Positions 19,345 through 29,089 of a DNA stretch of 64,000 nucleotides are shown piece by piece. The translations under genes were made by a program, and so were the position numbers. Origin of the DNA: Candidatus Latescibacterota bacterium. Lineage in GTDB: Bacteria; Latescibacterota; UBA2968; UBA8231. Every line of letters starts with the position of its first letter. Position 1 is the stretch's first letter. Where the stretch lies: the NCBI GenBank assembly GCA_965217585.1, contig OZ244561.1:4896001-4960000 (forward strand), read 5' to 3'. The notes under the pieces were generated by a model that was not told the DNA's origin, ran no database searches, and worked only from the letters and a program-made list of their open reading frames with translations.

Positions 19345-19764
19345 ATGGCGCTGGTGCTTGGCCGCAAACGAGAAAGCCTGACCAGAGAGGAAGGCCCGGA
19401 TCTGACGCCGCTGATCGACTGCGTTTTCCTGCTGCTCATTTTCTTCATGGTCACCACCGTCTTCATCCACTCCAAGGGACTAGACGTGGATCTTCCGGCC
19501 CAGAGCCAGTCGACGGAACAGCAGGAGAAGAAAGACATCAATATCCACATCGACGCCCAAGGACGCATCCAGATCGGCGGCGAGGACGTGGTGCCCAAGG
19601 CCTTGGTCGAGCGGATCCAGCGGGCAATGAAAGAGGCCAACAACGATAACATCATCATCCAGGGACACGTCGATGTTGCCCAAGAGCACGTGGTCTTGGT
19701 GGTGGATGCGGCCAAAGCGGCTGATGTCGCTGGTATAGCTTTCGCCAAAGAGGAGGCCCTCTAG
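19345..19764 (+). CDS. exbD: ExbD/TolR family protein
   Basis: LTPLIDCVFLLLIFFMVTT membrane motif with conserved Asp. Confidence 0.92.
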   Translation: MALVLGRKRESLTREEGPDLTPLIDCVFLLLIFFMVTTVFIHSKGLDVDLPAQSQSTEQQEKKDINIHIDAQGRIQIGGEDVVPKALVERIQRAMKEANNDNIIIQGHVDVAQEHVVLVVDAAKAADVAGIAFAKEEAL

Positions 19765-20180
19765 TGATGCAGCGGACATCCATATTGGAAGACCCAGAGG
19801 ATGAAAACCTCAACCTGACGCCGCTGATCGACTGCGTTTTTCTGCTGCTCATTTTCTTCATGGTCACCACTGTTTTTAAGCAGCCCTATAGTCTGCAGGT
19901 GGAGTTGCCCCAGGCCCGTCAGGCTACCATCGTCGAAGAGAAGAAATTGGTGGCCTCGATCGACAAGATGGGTGCCATGGAGCTCAACCGCCAGCTAGTG
20001 AGTATGGCAAAACTTCCAACGTTGCTCGCCCGCGAGAAAGAGACGACCCGCAGTTTGACGTTGATCATTCGCACGGACAAGAAGACCCGGCACGGTCTTG
20101 TGCTCGAGGTCATGGAGATTGCCAAGCGGCTCGACGTCGACAAGGTCGTTTTGGCCACCGAAGAGGAAGGGGAAATCTGA
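19764..20180 (+). CDS. exbD: ExbD/TolR family protein (second copy)
   Basis: NLTPLIDCVFLLLIFFMVTT, V.LP.A, IIRTDK..RHG.V..VM. Confidence 0.92.
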   Translation: MMQRTSILEDPEDENLNLTPLIDCVFLLLIFFMVTTVFKQPYSLQVELPQARQATIVEEKKLVASIDKMGAMELNRQLVSMAKLPTLLAREKETTRSLTLIIRTDKKTRHGLVLEVMEIAKRLDVDKVVLATEEEGEI

Positions 20181-20211
20181 GCAGCTTCTGAAGCGATCAA
20201 CAGGAACCCCC

Positions 20212-20955
20212 ATGCGCTATCTCATCGCCATCCTTTGCCTAGTCTTGGCCGCTTCCGCCGCTCCCGCCGAGGATGCCCTGCCACACCACACGATCCTCCG
20301 CGCCGCCGGGTCTATCGCCGTGGACGGCCACCTCGACGAGCCTTCTTGGGGGGCCGCCCAAGTCATCGACCAGTTCGCTTTTCCTTGGTGGACTGAAGGG
20401 GCCAAGGATCGCACCGAAGCTCGCTTGCTGTGGGACGATGACCATCTGTACGTCGCCTTCACCGCGCACGATCCGCACATTTCGGCGACCCTGACCAAGC
20501 GCGACAGCCCGGTATCGCGCGACGATTGCGTCGAGGTATTCATCGCCCCAGACACCAGCCAAGTCACCAGCTATTTCAACTTTGAGTTCAACGCCTTGGG
20601 CACGATTCTGGACCGCTCGCCGCACGCCGATCGTTCGTCCTCATGGAACGGCGAGGGCGTGCAGGTGGCCATCGACATCGAGGGCACACTCAACCAAGAG
20701 ACGGATCAGGACACGCTCTGGACCGCTGAAATCGCCCTTCCCTTTGCCGTTTTCGACCCGTACGCCCCCCACCTGCCCCCGACCGCCGGCGACGTGTGGC
20801 GACTCAACCTGTACCGCACGGGCGGTGCGGTCAATCTGCAGTACATCACTTGGTCTAATACCTTGACGCCCAAGCCGCAATTCCACCTGCCCCAGCGCTT
20901 TGGGGTAGTGCATTTCGACGGCCGGCCGGTATTGAGCCAAGACGAAGCCGAGTAG
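20212..20955 (+). CDS. Secreted CBM9-like/DOMON carbohydrate-binding protein
   Basis: Signal peptide, VDGHLDEPSW, LLWDDDHLYVAF, DDCVEVFI, WTAEIALPF, GDVWRLNLYR. Confidence 0.85.
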   Translation: MRYLIAILCLVLAASAAPAEDALPHHTILRAAGSIAVDGHLDEPSWGAAQVIDQFAFPWWTEGAKDRTEARLLWDDDHLYVAFTAHDPHISATLTKRDSPVSRDDCVEVFIAPDTSQVTSYFNFEFNALGTILDRSPHADRSSSWNGEGVQVAIDIEGTLNQETDQDTLWTAEIALPFAVFDPYAPHLPPTAGDVWRLNLYRTGGAVNLQYITWSNTLTPKPQFHLPQRFGVVHFDGRPVLSQDEAE

Positions 20956-20990
20956 GAAAACGCGGTTAGCCGCGCTCTCAGCAAACGGTC

Positions 20991-22472
20991 GTGCTTCTAG
21001 TGATCTATCGCGTCCTACTGCTCGCGCTGTTCGCGTCCTGCGAACCCGCAAAAGAAGCGCCGCTCGTCCTCTACGAGAGCCCGCATGGACTGGTGGTGTT
21101 GAAGGCAGCGCGGGTCGATTTTGCGGCAGAGGGTGAAGAGGCGGCTGCGGCGCGGGCGCACTTTGCTACTGGCGAAGATTATCTAGACGAGGGACGTTGC
21201 GGTGCGGCGGCTGTGAACTATTTGCAGGCCGCTGCGAGGCGACCTTCACCAGCGGTCTGGCTCAATGCGGGGGTCGCGCTGCTGTGCGATGGCGAGTATG
21301 AAAGGGCCGAAGAGGCGCTGGCCAAGGGTCTGGATCTTTCTAAGGCTGCGGCGCGGGAAGATGTTCAAGCCGCTTTGCTGGGCAATCTGGGCCAGGCCCA
21401 TCAGCGCCTAGGGCGTCTCGACTCGGCGTTGGTGGCCTATCAAGGTGCGGTGGCGCTGCATCGGCAGAACGGCTTTGCCGCTGGCGAGGCCCAAGCGCTG
21501 GGCGATTTGGGCGCGGCCTATTTCATGGAGGGTGATCCAGAGCAGGCGCTCGGTTTCCTAAAGCAGGCCCGGGATGGACACCGGCGGATCAGTGATCGCC
21601 TTGGGCTGGCGAGAGATCTCGACCGCATCGGCACGGTTTTCTTCGTTCGGGGCACGGCGGATTCGGCACTGGCGGCCTTCGCGGAGGCGCTGGTGCTCTA
21701 CCGGGACGAGGGGTATCTGCGCGGCCAGGCTGGCGGCCTGACGAATATCGGCAATATCCACCTAGACCAGAGCAGACTCGATTCGGCGCACTTTTATTTT
21801 TCCGCAGGGCTGGCCGTTCTCGAGCGCCTAGCCGATGATGCGGCCCGCGCAACCCAGCTAGCGCGGATTGGACAAATCTACCAGCAGCAGGACGATCTAG
21901 AGGCGGCGATGAAGATGTACGTCGCCCACGGCCATCCGCGCGGTCGAGCCGTCCAGTCGAGCAAGATCGGTCAAGTGCTGCAAAAGCAGGGTCGTCTAGA
22001 CGAGGCGATAAAAGCCCATCGCGCGGCCTTGGCACTGTACCGAGAATTCGATCTCTACGCCGAGGGAGCAACCCAGCTCGACTACATCGGCCACATCTAT
22101 TTCCGCCAGGGCAAAATCGACGAGGCGCTCGCCTCCTTCGAGAACGCCCTGCACGTCTTCACGCAGGCGGGCAACCGCCAAGGCGAGGCCGCGCAGTTGA
22201 GCAATATCGGCAATATCTACTTCGAGCAGGGCCGCTTGGATAAGGCGCTCAAGGCATTTGGCGACGCCCTGCACGTTTTTCAGTTGATCGGGCATCGGCA
22301 GGGGGCGGCGCAGAGTTTGGGCAATATCGGGTTGGTGTACCACAAGAAGGGCGAGCGGACGCGGGCGCTGGAGGCGTTGCAACAGGCGCGTGCTGCGTAT
22401 GCCGAGATTGGGGTGCGGAGCGAGGGACGGCGGACGGTGGAGGAGGCGATCCGATCAATCGAGGGGCGTTAG
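20991..22472 (+). CDS. TPR-repeat protein (possible lipoprotein)
   Basis: Repeats EA..L.NIG..Y...G....AL; FASC lipobox-like. Confidence 0.85.
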   Translation: MLLVIYRVLLLALFASCEPAKEAPLVLYESPHGLVVLKAARVDFAAEGEEAAAARAHFATGEDYLDEGRCGAAAVNYLQAAARRPSPAVWLNAGVALLCDGEYERAEEALAKGLDLSKAAAREDVQAALLGNLGQAHQRLGRLDSALVAYQGAVALHRQNGFAAGEAQALGDLGAAYFMEGDPEQALGFLKQARDGHRRISDRLGLARDLDRIGTVFFVRGTADSALAAFAEALVLYRDEGYLRGQAGGLTNIGNIHLDQSRLDSAHFYFSAGLAVLERLADDAARATQLARIGQIYQQQDDLEAAMKMYVAHGHPRGRAVQSSKIGQVLQKQGRLDEAIKAHRAALALYREFDLYAEGATQLDYIGHIYFRQGKIDEALASFENALHVFTQAGNRQGEAAQLSNIGNIYFEQGRLDKALKAFGDALHVFQLIGHRQGAAQSLGNIGLVYHKKGERTRALEALQQARAAYAEIGVRSEGRRTVEEAIRSIEGR

Positions 22473-22475
22473 GGA

Positions 22476-22940
22476 CTAATGGGCAGAGGAGGAGAGGGAG
22501 AGGCGGTTGAGGTGGATCGGGATGGGCGCGGCGTCTCCTTCGCGGATGTGGACGATCTGATCCATGGCGAGGTTGTAGAATCGCTGCTTTTGCCCCGTTG
22601 TCGGCCAAGTAACTTCCACAAAAAGAAGCGTATCGGCGCTGCCTAAACCGATCTCCTGTTGTAGGCTCGACGCGCCGAAGCTGCCGCCCGAGCCGACGGT
22701 GGCGTAGATGTCGCGGAGCGCGCCCTTTTCGCGGATGCGAGCTTGGATACGGGTGCCCAAGGCATCTCTGCTGGACTGGACGCCTTCGAGGCGGAGGTTT
22801 TGATAGAAGCGGGGCTTTTCTGCGGTCGAGGGCCGGCTCAGATAGACTGCGGCGATATCATCGGGGTCTTCGCTGTGGTAGCCAGCGACGAAGAGGTCGA
22901 GGTCGCCGTCGTTGTCGTAGTCCCAAAACCAAGTGGGGAA
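22476..22940 (-). pseudogene. FG-GAP / ASPIC-UnbV (CRTAC1-like) remnant, 5'-truncated and internally deleted
   Basis: WFWDYDNDGDLDLFV joined directly to LRLEGVQSSRDALGTRI...SGGSFGASSLQQEIGLG; no start codon. Confidence 0.75.
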
Positions 22941-23601
22941 CGACGAGTTGGACCGCCTCTACTTCGTCTTTGACCGCTTCGACGATCTATGGGATCGCGA
23001 TGCCGGCGGCGTGGGTGGCGCTGGCGGCGACGACAGCTTTGAGATCAACCTAGACGCCAATCACGGCGGCGACGTCTCGTGGTTTGGTGCCGACGATTTC
23101 GATACCGAGGAGGAAGTGCTGCGCAACCGGGGTCGCTTCAACCAGATGAGCCACTACCGCTGGCCGCCGCTGGAGCCGATCGGCTGGAACTGGCTTTGGG
23201 CCTCCAGTGCCACTTGGCACGACGTCGAGCCCTATTCGTGCTGTGGCGACTCCTTCAATCTCAACGGCGCGCACTCCACCGAGGCGACCTTCCAGGTCGA
23301 GTGGTGGACCGTGGGCTGGGACGACTTCGACCACGCGTCGCCTGAAAACAGCATCCTGCACGCCTTTAGCGAAAACGATATCGTCGGCTTGGGTATCGCG
23401 ATCATCGACAACGATGTGGGCACCGACAACGACACCGACCGCCGCTTCGCCGCCTGGCGCATGGGCGGCGCGCGCTGCGGCAACGGCGACGGCAAGTGCA
23501 TCACCGACTTCATCCTGCTGCCGGCGCAGATGGATCTTTTGCCAACCGCTGTCGAGAACGATAGCTGGGGCCACATCAAGGCTTCGTACATGCAGCAGTA
23601 G
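22933..23601 (+). pseudogene. 5'-truncated homologue of 44890-45786 (C-terminal SWGHIKA motif)
   Basis: Begins at NDELDRLY (cf. WNDTNNRLY in the paralogue), no signal peptide or SD. Confidence 0.7.
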
Positions 23602-23634
23602 CTGGCCCGGTAGTTTGCGGCGCGGGTTTGACCT

Positions 23635-23674
23635 AGGGAGGTAGATCGATTGCGATCTGCCTCCCTTGTTTTTT
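23635..23674 (+). terminator. Rho-independent terminator
   Basis: AGGGAGGTAGATCG-attg-CGATCTGCCTCCCT followed by TGTTTTTT. Confidence 0.8.
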
Positions 23675-23679
23675 AGATC

Positions 23680-23705
23680 CGCAGATGGACGCAGATGGAC
23701 GCAGA
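23680..23705. repeat. Short tandem repeat (CGCAGATGGA)x2.6
   Basis: CGCAGATGGACGCAGATGGACGCAGA. Confidence 0.6.
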
Positions 23706-23762
23706 ATAGTAGAAACAAGACGATCCGCAGCTCGAATCGTTCAAGTCATTCAGGATTGCTAT

Positions 23763-25418
23763 ATGACGCGGAGAAAAATTCTCGCTCTGTTGGCGTTTTT
23801 CGCCTGCATCAGCGCCGTGTATGCCCTCGCCGAGCGGCAGACGCGGAGGATACAGGCGACCGAGGCGGAGCTGAGTATCGACTGGGATGCGGTCGTCGAT
23901 GACCCGGAGGAGCGGCTCGAGATCTCTTGGATGAGCATCCCGCGCCATCCCACCGCGCGCGAGGGCACCTGGATCGAAAAGCGGCTCGAAGCGCGGTTCA
24001 ACGTCGATTTCAAGCCGCTGTTTACTAGTCATTTTGCCTATATGCGGCGTCGGCCGCTGGTCTTTGCCGGCGGCAATGTGCCCGATTTGTTCTACGCTGG
24101 CGATCCGGTCGTGGTGCAAAAGGACGCTCACCACGGCTATGCACTGCCCATTCCCTACGAGGTCATCCAAAAACACGCGCCCAACTACGTGCGCTATCTC
24201 AACCAGTACGCGCCCTCGACGTGGCTATACGCCTACTGGAAGGGGGCCAACTACGGCATTCCCACTTGGGGCAGCAGCTTGGGCTATCCGGTGCCGGGGA
24301 TCTGGAGAATGGACTGGCTGCGCAACGTCGGTATCGACAAGGTGCCGGCAACCCTCGACGAGATGTACACGGCGCTGTGGAAGTTTCGCCACGAGGACCC
24401 GGATGGCAATGGGATACAAGACACCTACGGCATGTGTCCCAATGCGCAGGCTTGGTTCAATGTCTTCGGCGAGGTCTTCGGGGCCTACGGGATCGTGCCG
24501 CACGGCTGGATGCTGCGCGACGGCGAGGTCGTGTGGGGCGGGACTCGGCCCGAGGTCAAAGAGATACTGGGGCTTTTGCGCAAGTGGTACGACGACGGGC
24601 TGATTGACCCCGACTTTGCGATCGGCCAAATCAAGAGCAGCCCGATGCCCTACCAAAAATTCGTCAGCGGCAAGACGGGTTATCTCTTCGGCCAGGGCAG
24701 CTACGGTAGCTTTGACAAGTACAACAAGGCGTCGTTGGTGTCGGTCATTGCCGAATTGCAGCCGGGTGCCGAGGTGGTGGTCGGGCCGTTCCCGGCCGGC
24801 CCGGAAGGCATCCGGGGAGGACGGGTGTGGAGCACGGCTGCCCATGTCTTCGTCTTCGGCAAGCAGGTGGCGGCGGCACCTGAGAAGGTCGTGCGGATGC
24901 TCAAAATTTTCGAGGCGCTAGCTGTTGAGGAAAAGCTCTTTGTCGAGGTGCGGATGGGCCAGCGGGGCGTGCATTGGGAGTTCGACGCTGAGCGCGGCCT
25001 GTACCATCTGCCGCCCTACGACGACCGCAATGTCGCTAGCAAGCATCTGACCACGTTGAGCGTCGATGGTCCGGGTGGCTTTTTCGCGCCCTGTGGGGTC
25101 CGGCCTGCCATTGCCGACAAGTATCTGCCGACGGCGATGCTGCGGCACCGCGAACGCTATCAGCGCTCCGAGTGGGCGCAGGCCGGCCTTTTCGGCAAGC
25201 CGGACGTGGTGCCCTCGTCGATCAAGCATCTGCGCGATCTGCGCAACTTGCAGATGACGGCCTACGCCGAGATCGTGCGCGGCGAGCGCGACATTGACTA
25301 TTTCGACGCTTTTGTGGCCGAGTGGATGGAACGGGGTGGGGCGGAGATGACCCAAGAGGCGCGGGAAATCTACAAGGAGCGCGCGGAGATTTACAGGAAG
25401 GTAGGGGCTGCACCGTAG
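23763..25418 (+). CDS. ABC transporter extracellular solute-binding protein (LplA-like)
   Basis: Signal anchor, WRMDWLRNVGIDKVPATLDEMY.AL.KF...DPDGNG.QDT, GLIDPDF. Confidence 0.9.
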   Translation: MTRRKILALLAFFACISAVYALAERQTRRIQATEAELSIDWDAVVDDPEERLEISWMSIPRHPTAREGTWIEKRLEARFNVDFKPLFTSHFAYMRRRPLVFAGGNVPDLFYAGDPVVVQKDAHHGYALPIPYEVIQKHAPNYVRYLNQYAPSTWLYAYWKGANYGIPTWGSSLGYPVPGIWRMDWLRNVGIDKVPATLDEMYTALWKFRHEDPDGNGIQDTYGMCPNAQAWFNVFGEVFGAYGIVPHGWMLRDGEVVWGGTRPEVKEILGLLRKWYDDGLIDPDFAIGQIKSSPMPYQKFVSGKTGYLFGQGSYGSFDKYNKASLVSVIAELQPGAEVVVGPFPAGPEGIRGGRVWSTAAHVFVFGKQVAAAPEKVVRMLKIFEALAVEEKLFVEVRMGQRGVHWEFDAERGLYHLPPYDDRNVASKHLTTLSVDGPGGFFAPCGVRPAIADKYLPTAMLRHRERYQRSEWAQAGLFGKPDVVPSSIKHLRDLRNLQMTAYAEIVRGERDIDYFDAFVAEWMERGGAEMTQEAREIYKERAEIYRKVGAAP

Positions 25419-25438
25419 GGGCGTTCCTCATGGGCGCG

Positions 25439-27070
25439 CTAGACCATGTGGCCGTGCTGTCCTCGCATGTAGAAGGTGCCGTCCCGGTTCATGCCGGGGA
25501 ATCTCCACGCACCGGGGCTGATGGGCCAAGGCAGGACATCGGCGCGATCTGCCCATTCGCGGTAGCGCTTTTCCATTTCTGCGACTCTCGCTTTTTCTCG
25601 CTCCGCTAGGTCGTTGAGTTCGGTGCGATCCTCTTCCATGTTGTAGAGTTCCCAGCCGCCTTGGCCGCTGGTTTCGCAGACCAGTTTCCACGGCCCGATG
25701 CGGATGGCGGCATTGCCCTCGTGCTCCCAGTACATAGGCTTTTCGCGCGACCACTCGCGGCCTGCGAGGAGGGCGAGAAAGCTCTCACCTTCGAGGGGGG
25801 TAATGGCGTGGCCGTCGTATTCGGCCGGATAGGAAGCGCCGGCTGCGTCGATGAGGGTGGCGGTGATGTCGATGATTTGGGCGGGGGCGTGCGTCAGGTC
25901 GGGTTGCTTGATGGTGGCAGGCCAGCGGATGATGCAGGGGGTGGCGATGCCGCCTTCGTGGACCCAGCGCTTGTAGCGGCGGAAGGGGGTGGTGCTGACA
26001 TTGGCCCAGGGCACGTCGTAGCTCATGTAGGTGTCCGGGGCACCGGGCATCAGACCGGGGATGTTGCCCATTTGCACCGGCCGCCCGTCGTGGGTTGTGA
26101 GGCCCTTTAAGAAGACCCAGTCGATGCGGTTGCCATCCTCGCACAAGAATTCAGCGCAGCCGCCGTTGTCCGAGAGGAAAACGACCAACGTATTGTCCTC
26201 TATGTCGAGCTCGCGGAGTTTGTCGAGGATGCGGCCGATGCCTTGGTCCATGCGACCGACTTGAGCTGCGTACACGGCCATGCGCCGGTCTTCCCAGTCC
26301 GGGTCGGCCGCTTCATTATAGGGGGGTGCGTCCTCGTCGCGGGGCGATATGTCCCAGTGGGAGCTGACGATTTCTAGGTCTTTGAGCGTTTCGTGGCGGG
26401 CGGTGCGCGCCGCGTCCCAGCCGCCTTTGCGGTACTGGCCTTGGTAGCGGGCGATGTCCTCCTCAAAGGCGTGGAGCGGCCAGTGCGGTGCCGTGTAGGC
26501 GACGTACATGAAGAAGGGCTGGTCGGCGCTTGCGGAGATGAAGTCAACGGCGTGGTCGGAGATGGCGTCGGTGAGGTAGAAGTCGGTGGGATTGGAGGCG
26601 ATAGGGGTGCCGTCGAGGGTGCAGGTGCGTCCGCCAAAGTAGCCGCTGTTGGTCCCGAGACCAAAGAGGCGGTCGAAGCCGTGCTGCATCTCGGGGGGTA
26701 TGTCGGCGCTGTCGGGTCTTTTGCCGCAGTGCCACTTGCCCGACATTAGGGTGCGATAGCCGCGTTCCTTGAGCACTTGGGCGATGGTGACGGCCGAGTG
26801 GCGCAGGTAGCCGCCGTAACCGGGGGCGTTGGGGATGCCGCCGGCCATGTGGCCGATCCCGGCTTGGTGCGGATAGAGGCCGGTCAGCAAGGCCGCGCGC
26901 GAGGGGCAGCAGCGGGCGAAATTGTACATCTGCGAGAAGCGCAGGCCCTCGGCGGCGAGGCCGTCTAGGTTGGGGGTGCGGATTTCGGAGCCGTAGCAGC
27001 CGAGGTCGGAATAGCCCATGTCGTCGGCGAGGATGAGGACGATGTTGGGGCGCTGGGAAGCGGTGGTCAT
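25439..27070 (-). CDS. Arylsulfatase (Cys-type)
   Basis: PNIVLILADDMGYSDLG, CCPSRAALLTG, GKWH, TAPHWPLH, SDNG. Confidence 0.95.
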   Translation of the reverse strand: MTTASQRPNIVLILADDMGYSDLGCYGSEIRTPNLDGLAAEGLRFSQMYNFARCCPSRAALLTGLYPHQAGIGHMAGGIPNAPGYGGYLRHSAVTIAQVLKERGYRTLMSGKWHCGKRPDSADIPPEMQHGFDRLFGLGTNSGYFGGRTCTLDGTPIASNPTDFYLTDAISDHAVDFISASADQPFFMYVAYTAPHWPLHAFEEDIARYQGQYRKGGWDAARTARHETLKDLEIVSSHWDISPRDEDAPPYNEAADPDWEDRRMAVYAAQVGRMDQGIGRILDKLRELDIEDNTLVVFLSDNGGCAEFLCEDGNRIDWVFLKGLTTHDGRPVQMGNIPGLMPGAPDTYMSYDVPWANVSTTPFRRYKRWVHEGGIATPCIIRWPATIKQPDLTHAPAQIIDITATLIDAAGASYPAEYDGHAITPLEGESFLALLAGREWSREKPMYWEHEGNAAIRIGPWKLVCETSGQGGWELYNMEEDRTELNDLAEREKARVAEMEKRYREWADRADVLPWPISPGAWRFPGMNRDGTFYMRGQHGHMV

Positions 27071-27149
27071 GGAGGGACTCCTCTGGGTGGATTTTCTTTT
27101 TAGGCCCTAATCAAATCACAAACAACTAGAGAGCCAATTGAGGTGTCAA

Positions 27150-28589
27150 ATGAATGTACTGCACATCCTCTCCGATCAGCACCAAGCGGCTTGCATGGGC
27201 TGCGAAGGCCACGCGCAGGCGCTGACGCCCAACATGGATCGGCTGGCCAGCGAGGGTATGCGCTTTTCAGCGGCGTACACCCAGAATCCGATCTGTACGC
27301 CCAGCCGGATGAGCATGTATACGGGACAGTACTGCCACAACCACGGCTTCTTCGGTCTGGGCGGGCCGCGTCCGGAGGGGATGCAGAGTTTTCTCGGTCA
27401 TTTTAAGCAGCACGGGTACAGGACGGCGGTGATCGGCAAGACGCACGTGCCCAATCAGCCGCGCGACTGGCTTTTGGACCATGTTGACTACTGGATGTCT
27501 GGCACTTCGACGCCGGTGCCGGCCGCGGGCGGTCTGTCGCCGTATCAAACGTTTCTGGCGGGTGCCGGTCTGTTGGAGCAAAACGACAACTTCCGCATCA
27601 CCGGCTACCCAGCCCTCCACCCGGTTGGTCTGCCCCAGAACCAGTTCCGCGCTCGGCCATCGGAGCTGCCGCTGGAGTACAATGTTGAGAGCTGGTGCGT
27701 GGATCGGGCGATTGAATTTATGGAGGGGTGTGAGGGAGACCCTTTCTGTATGCAGGTTTCGCTGCCGCGACCGCACGCACCCTATACGCCAGACCAGAAG
27801 TTCTGGGACCTGTATACAGACGACATCGCGCTGCCGGAGACCTATTACCAGGATCCGTCGGGACGCCCGCCGCACTTCCGCGACATGCACGCGAGGTTTC
27901 AGCGGGCTTGGGAGGGGGAGGCATGGTCGCCGGAGGAGGGGGCGCGCAACATCTGGCGCGGCTATCTGGGCTGCGTGACGCAGGTTGACTACTGCATTGG
28001 CCGCCTTTTGGACTACCTCGACGAACGTGGCTTGGCCGAAGATACGATCGTCGTCTATAACTCCGACCACGGCGCGTACAGCACTGCTTTTGGCATTCAG
28101 GAAAAGGCCCCTGGGATATGCTCGGAGGCGGTGTGTCGGGTGCCGATGCTCTGGCGGGTGCCGGGCGTTGCGGCCAAGGGCAGGGTTTGCGACGCGCTGG
28201 TGGAAAACGTCGATTTGGCCCCGACGTTTATGAACCTCTGTGGGTTGCCGGCGATGGAGAGCATGGACGGGGCGGATATCAGCGGTCTCTTGCGGGGTGG
28301 AATCGATCCGGTGCATGAGGTAGCGGTCACTGAGCACCGGCACAGCAAGGCGCTGCGCTGGGGTAGGTGGCGCTATGTGCATTATCAGCCGGAGAATTTT
28401 GGGGCCGACTGCGGCGAGCTTTACGACTTGGAGGCCGATCCGCACGAAGCTCGCAATTTGTACGGCGAGCCGGCGTTCCAAGAGATTGTCGAGCAGGGCG
28501 AGAAGCTCCTGTGCCACTGGCTGATCTCGACGCGGCAGTATCGCACGGCGTTTTTGGTGGGGGCGTGGAACGAGACTAATTACGCCTGA
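27150..28589 (+). CDS. Sulfatase-family hydrolase
   Basis: SDQH, CTPSR, GKTH, PRPHAP, SDHG, ELYDLEADPHE. Confidence 0.93.
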   Translation: MNVLHILSDQHQAACMGCEGHAQALTPNMDRLASEGMRFSAAYTQNPICTPSRMSMYTGQYCHNHGFFGLGGPRPEGMQSFLGHFKQHGYRTAVIGKTHVPNQPRDWLLDHVDYWMSGTSTPVPAAGGLSPYQTFLAGAGLLEQNDNFRITGYPALHPVGLPQNQFRARPSELPLEYNVESWCVDRAIEFMEGCEGDPFCMQVSLPRPHAPYTPDQKFWDLYTDDIALPETYYQDPSGRPPHFRDMHARFQRAWEGEAWSPEEGARNIWRGYLGCVTQVDYCIGRLLDYLDERGLAEDTIVVYNSDHGAYSTAFGIQEKAPGICSEAVCRVPMLWRVPGVAAKGRVCDALVENVDLAPTFMNLCGLPAMESMDGADISGLLRGGIDPVHEVAVTEHRHSKALRWGRWRYVHYQPENFGADCGELYDLEADPHEARNLYGEPAFQEIVEQGEKLLCHWLISTRQYRTAFLVGAWNETNYA

Positions 28590-28624
28590 GAAGTTCTCGT
28601 TCGCTTTGACTCAGGAAGCAACAA

Positions 28625-29074
28625 ATGCATTCGAATCCGCCAAAACATATCGTTGCTGCTGGAATGCTCGTGGAACGGGGAGACGAGGTTCTGCTGGTTA
28701 GAACAGAACGAAGGGGTTGGGAGTTTCCAGGTGGTCAAATCGAAGAGGGTGAGTCCGTCCTTGATGGGGTCATCCGCGAGGTCAGAGAAGAGGCCAACAT
28801 CGTGGCTTCGGCTGATCGACTTGTCGGCGTGTATAGCAACCTCAGCAATCATCGAGTGATCTTCGATTTTCTTGGTTCTTGGTTGTCTGGGGACGCTCGG
28901 ATAGGAGAAGAGACGCTCGATGTTGCATGGGTCGAAAAGACAGAGGCTGGTAAGATGATAGATTCCCCTATTTACAGCCGAAGGCTTCAGCAGCTTTTGT
29001 CATTTGATGGACGGGTTTTGTTCCAGTCGTACACGACACCTCCTTTCACGGTACGTGCTCAGAAGTTTGTATAG
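28625..29074 (+). CDS. NUDIX hydrolase
   Basis: PGGQIEEGESVLDGVIREVREEA Nudix box. Confidence 0.92.
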   Translation: MHSNPPKHIVAAGMLVERGDEVLLVRTERRGWEFPGGQIEEGESVLDGVIREVREEANIVASADRLVGVYSNLSNHRVIFDFLGSWLSGDARIGEETLDVAWVEKTEAGKMIDSPIYSRRLQQLLSFDGRVLFQSYTTPPFTVRAQKFV

Positions 29075-29089
29075 AGAGTTCTGGAGATC

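Larger units (their letters stand above)
17523..19345 (+). pseudogene. exbB: MotA/TolQ/ExbB proton channel interrupted by an IS (join 17523-17602, 18679-19345)
   Basis: Removing the IS and one CTAGA copy restores METLLAGGILMIPLGLCAVLSLAFILERVWVLSR in frame with ISPLLGLFGTILGMITSF...GISQALVTTATGLAIAIP. Confidence 0.92.
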
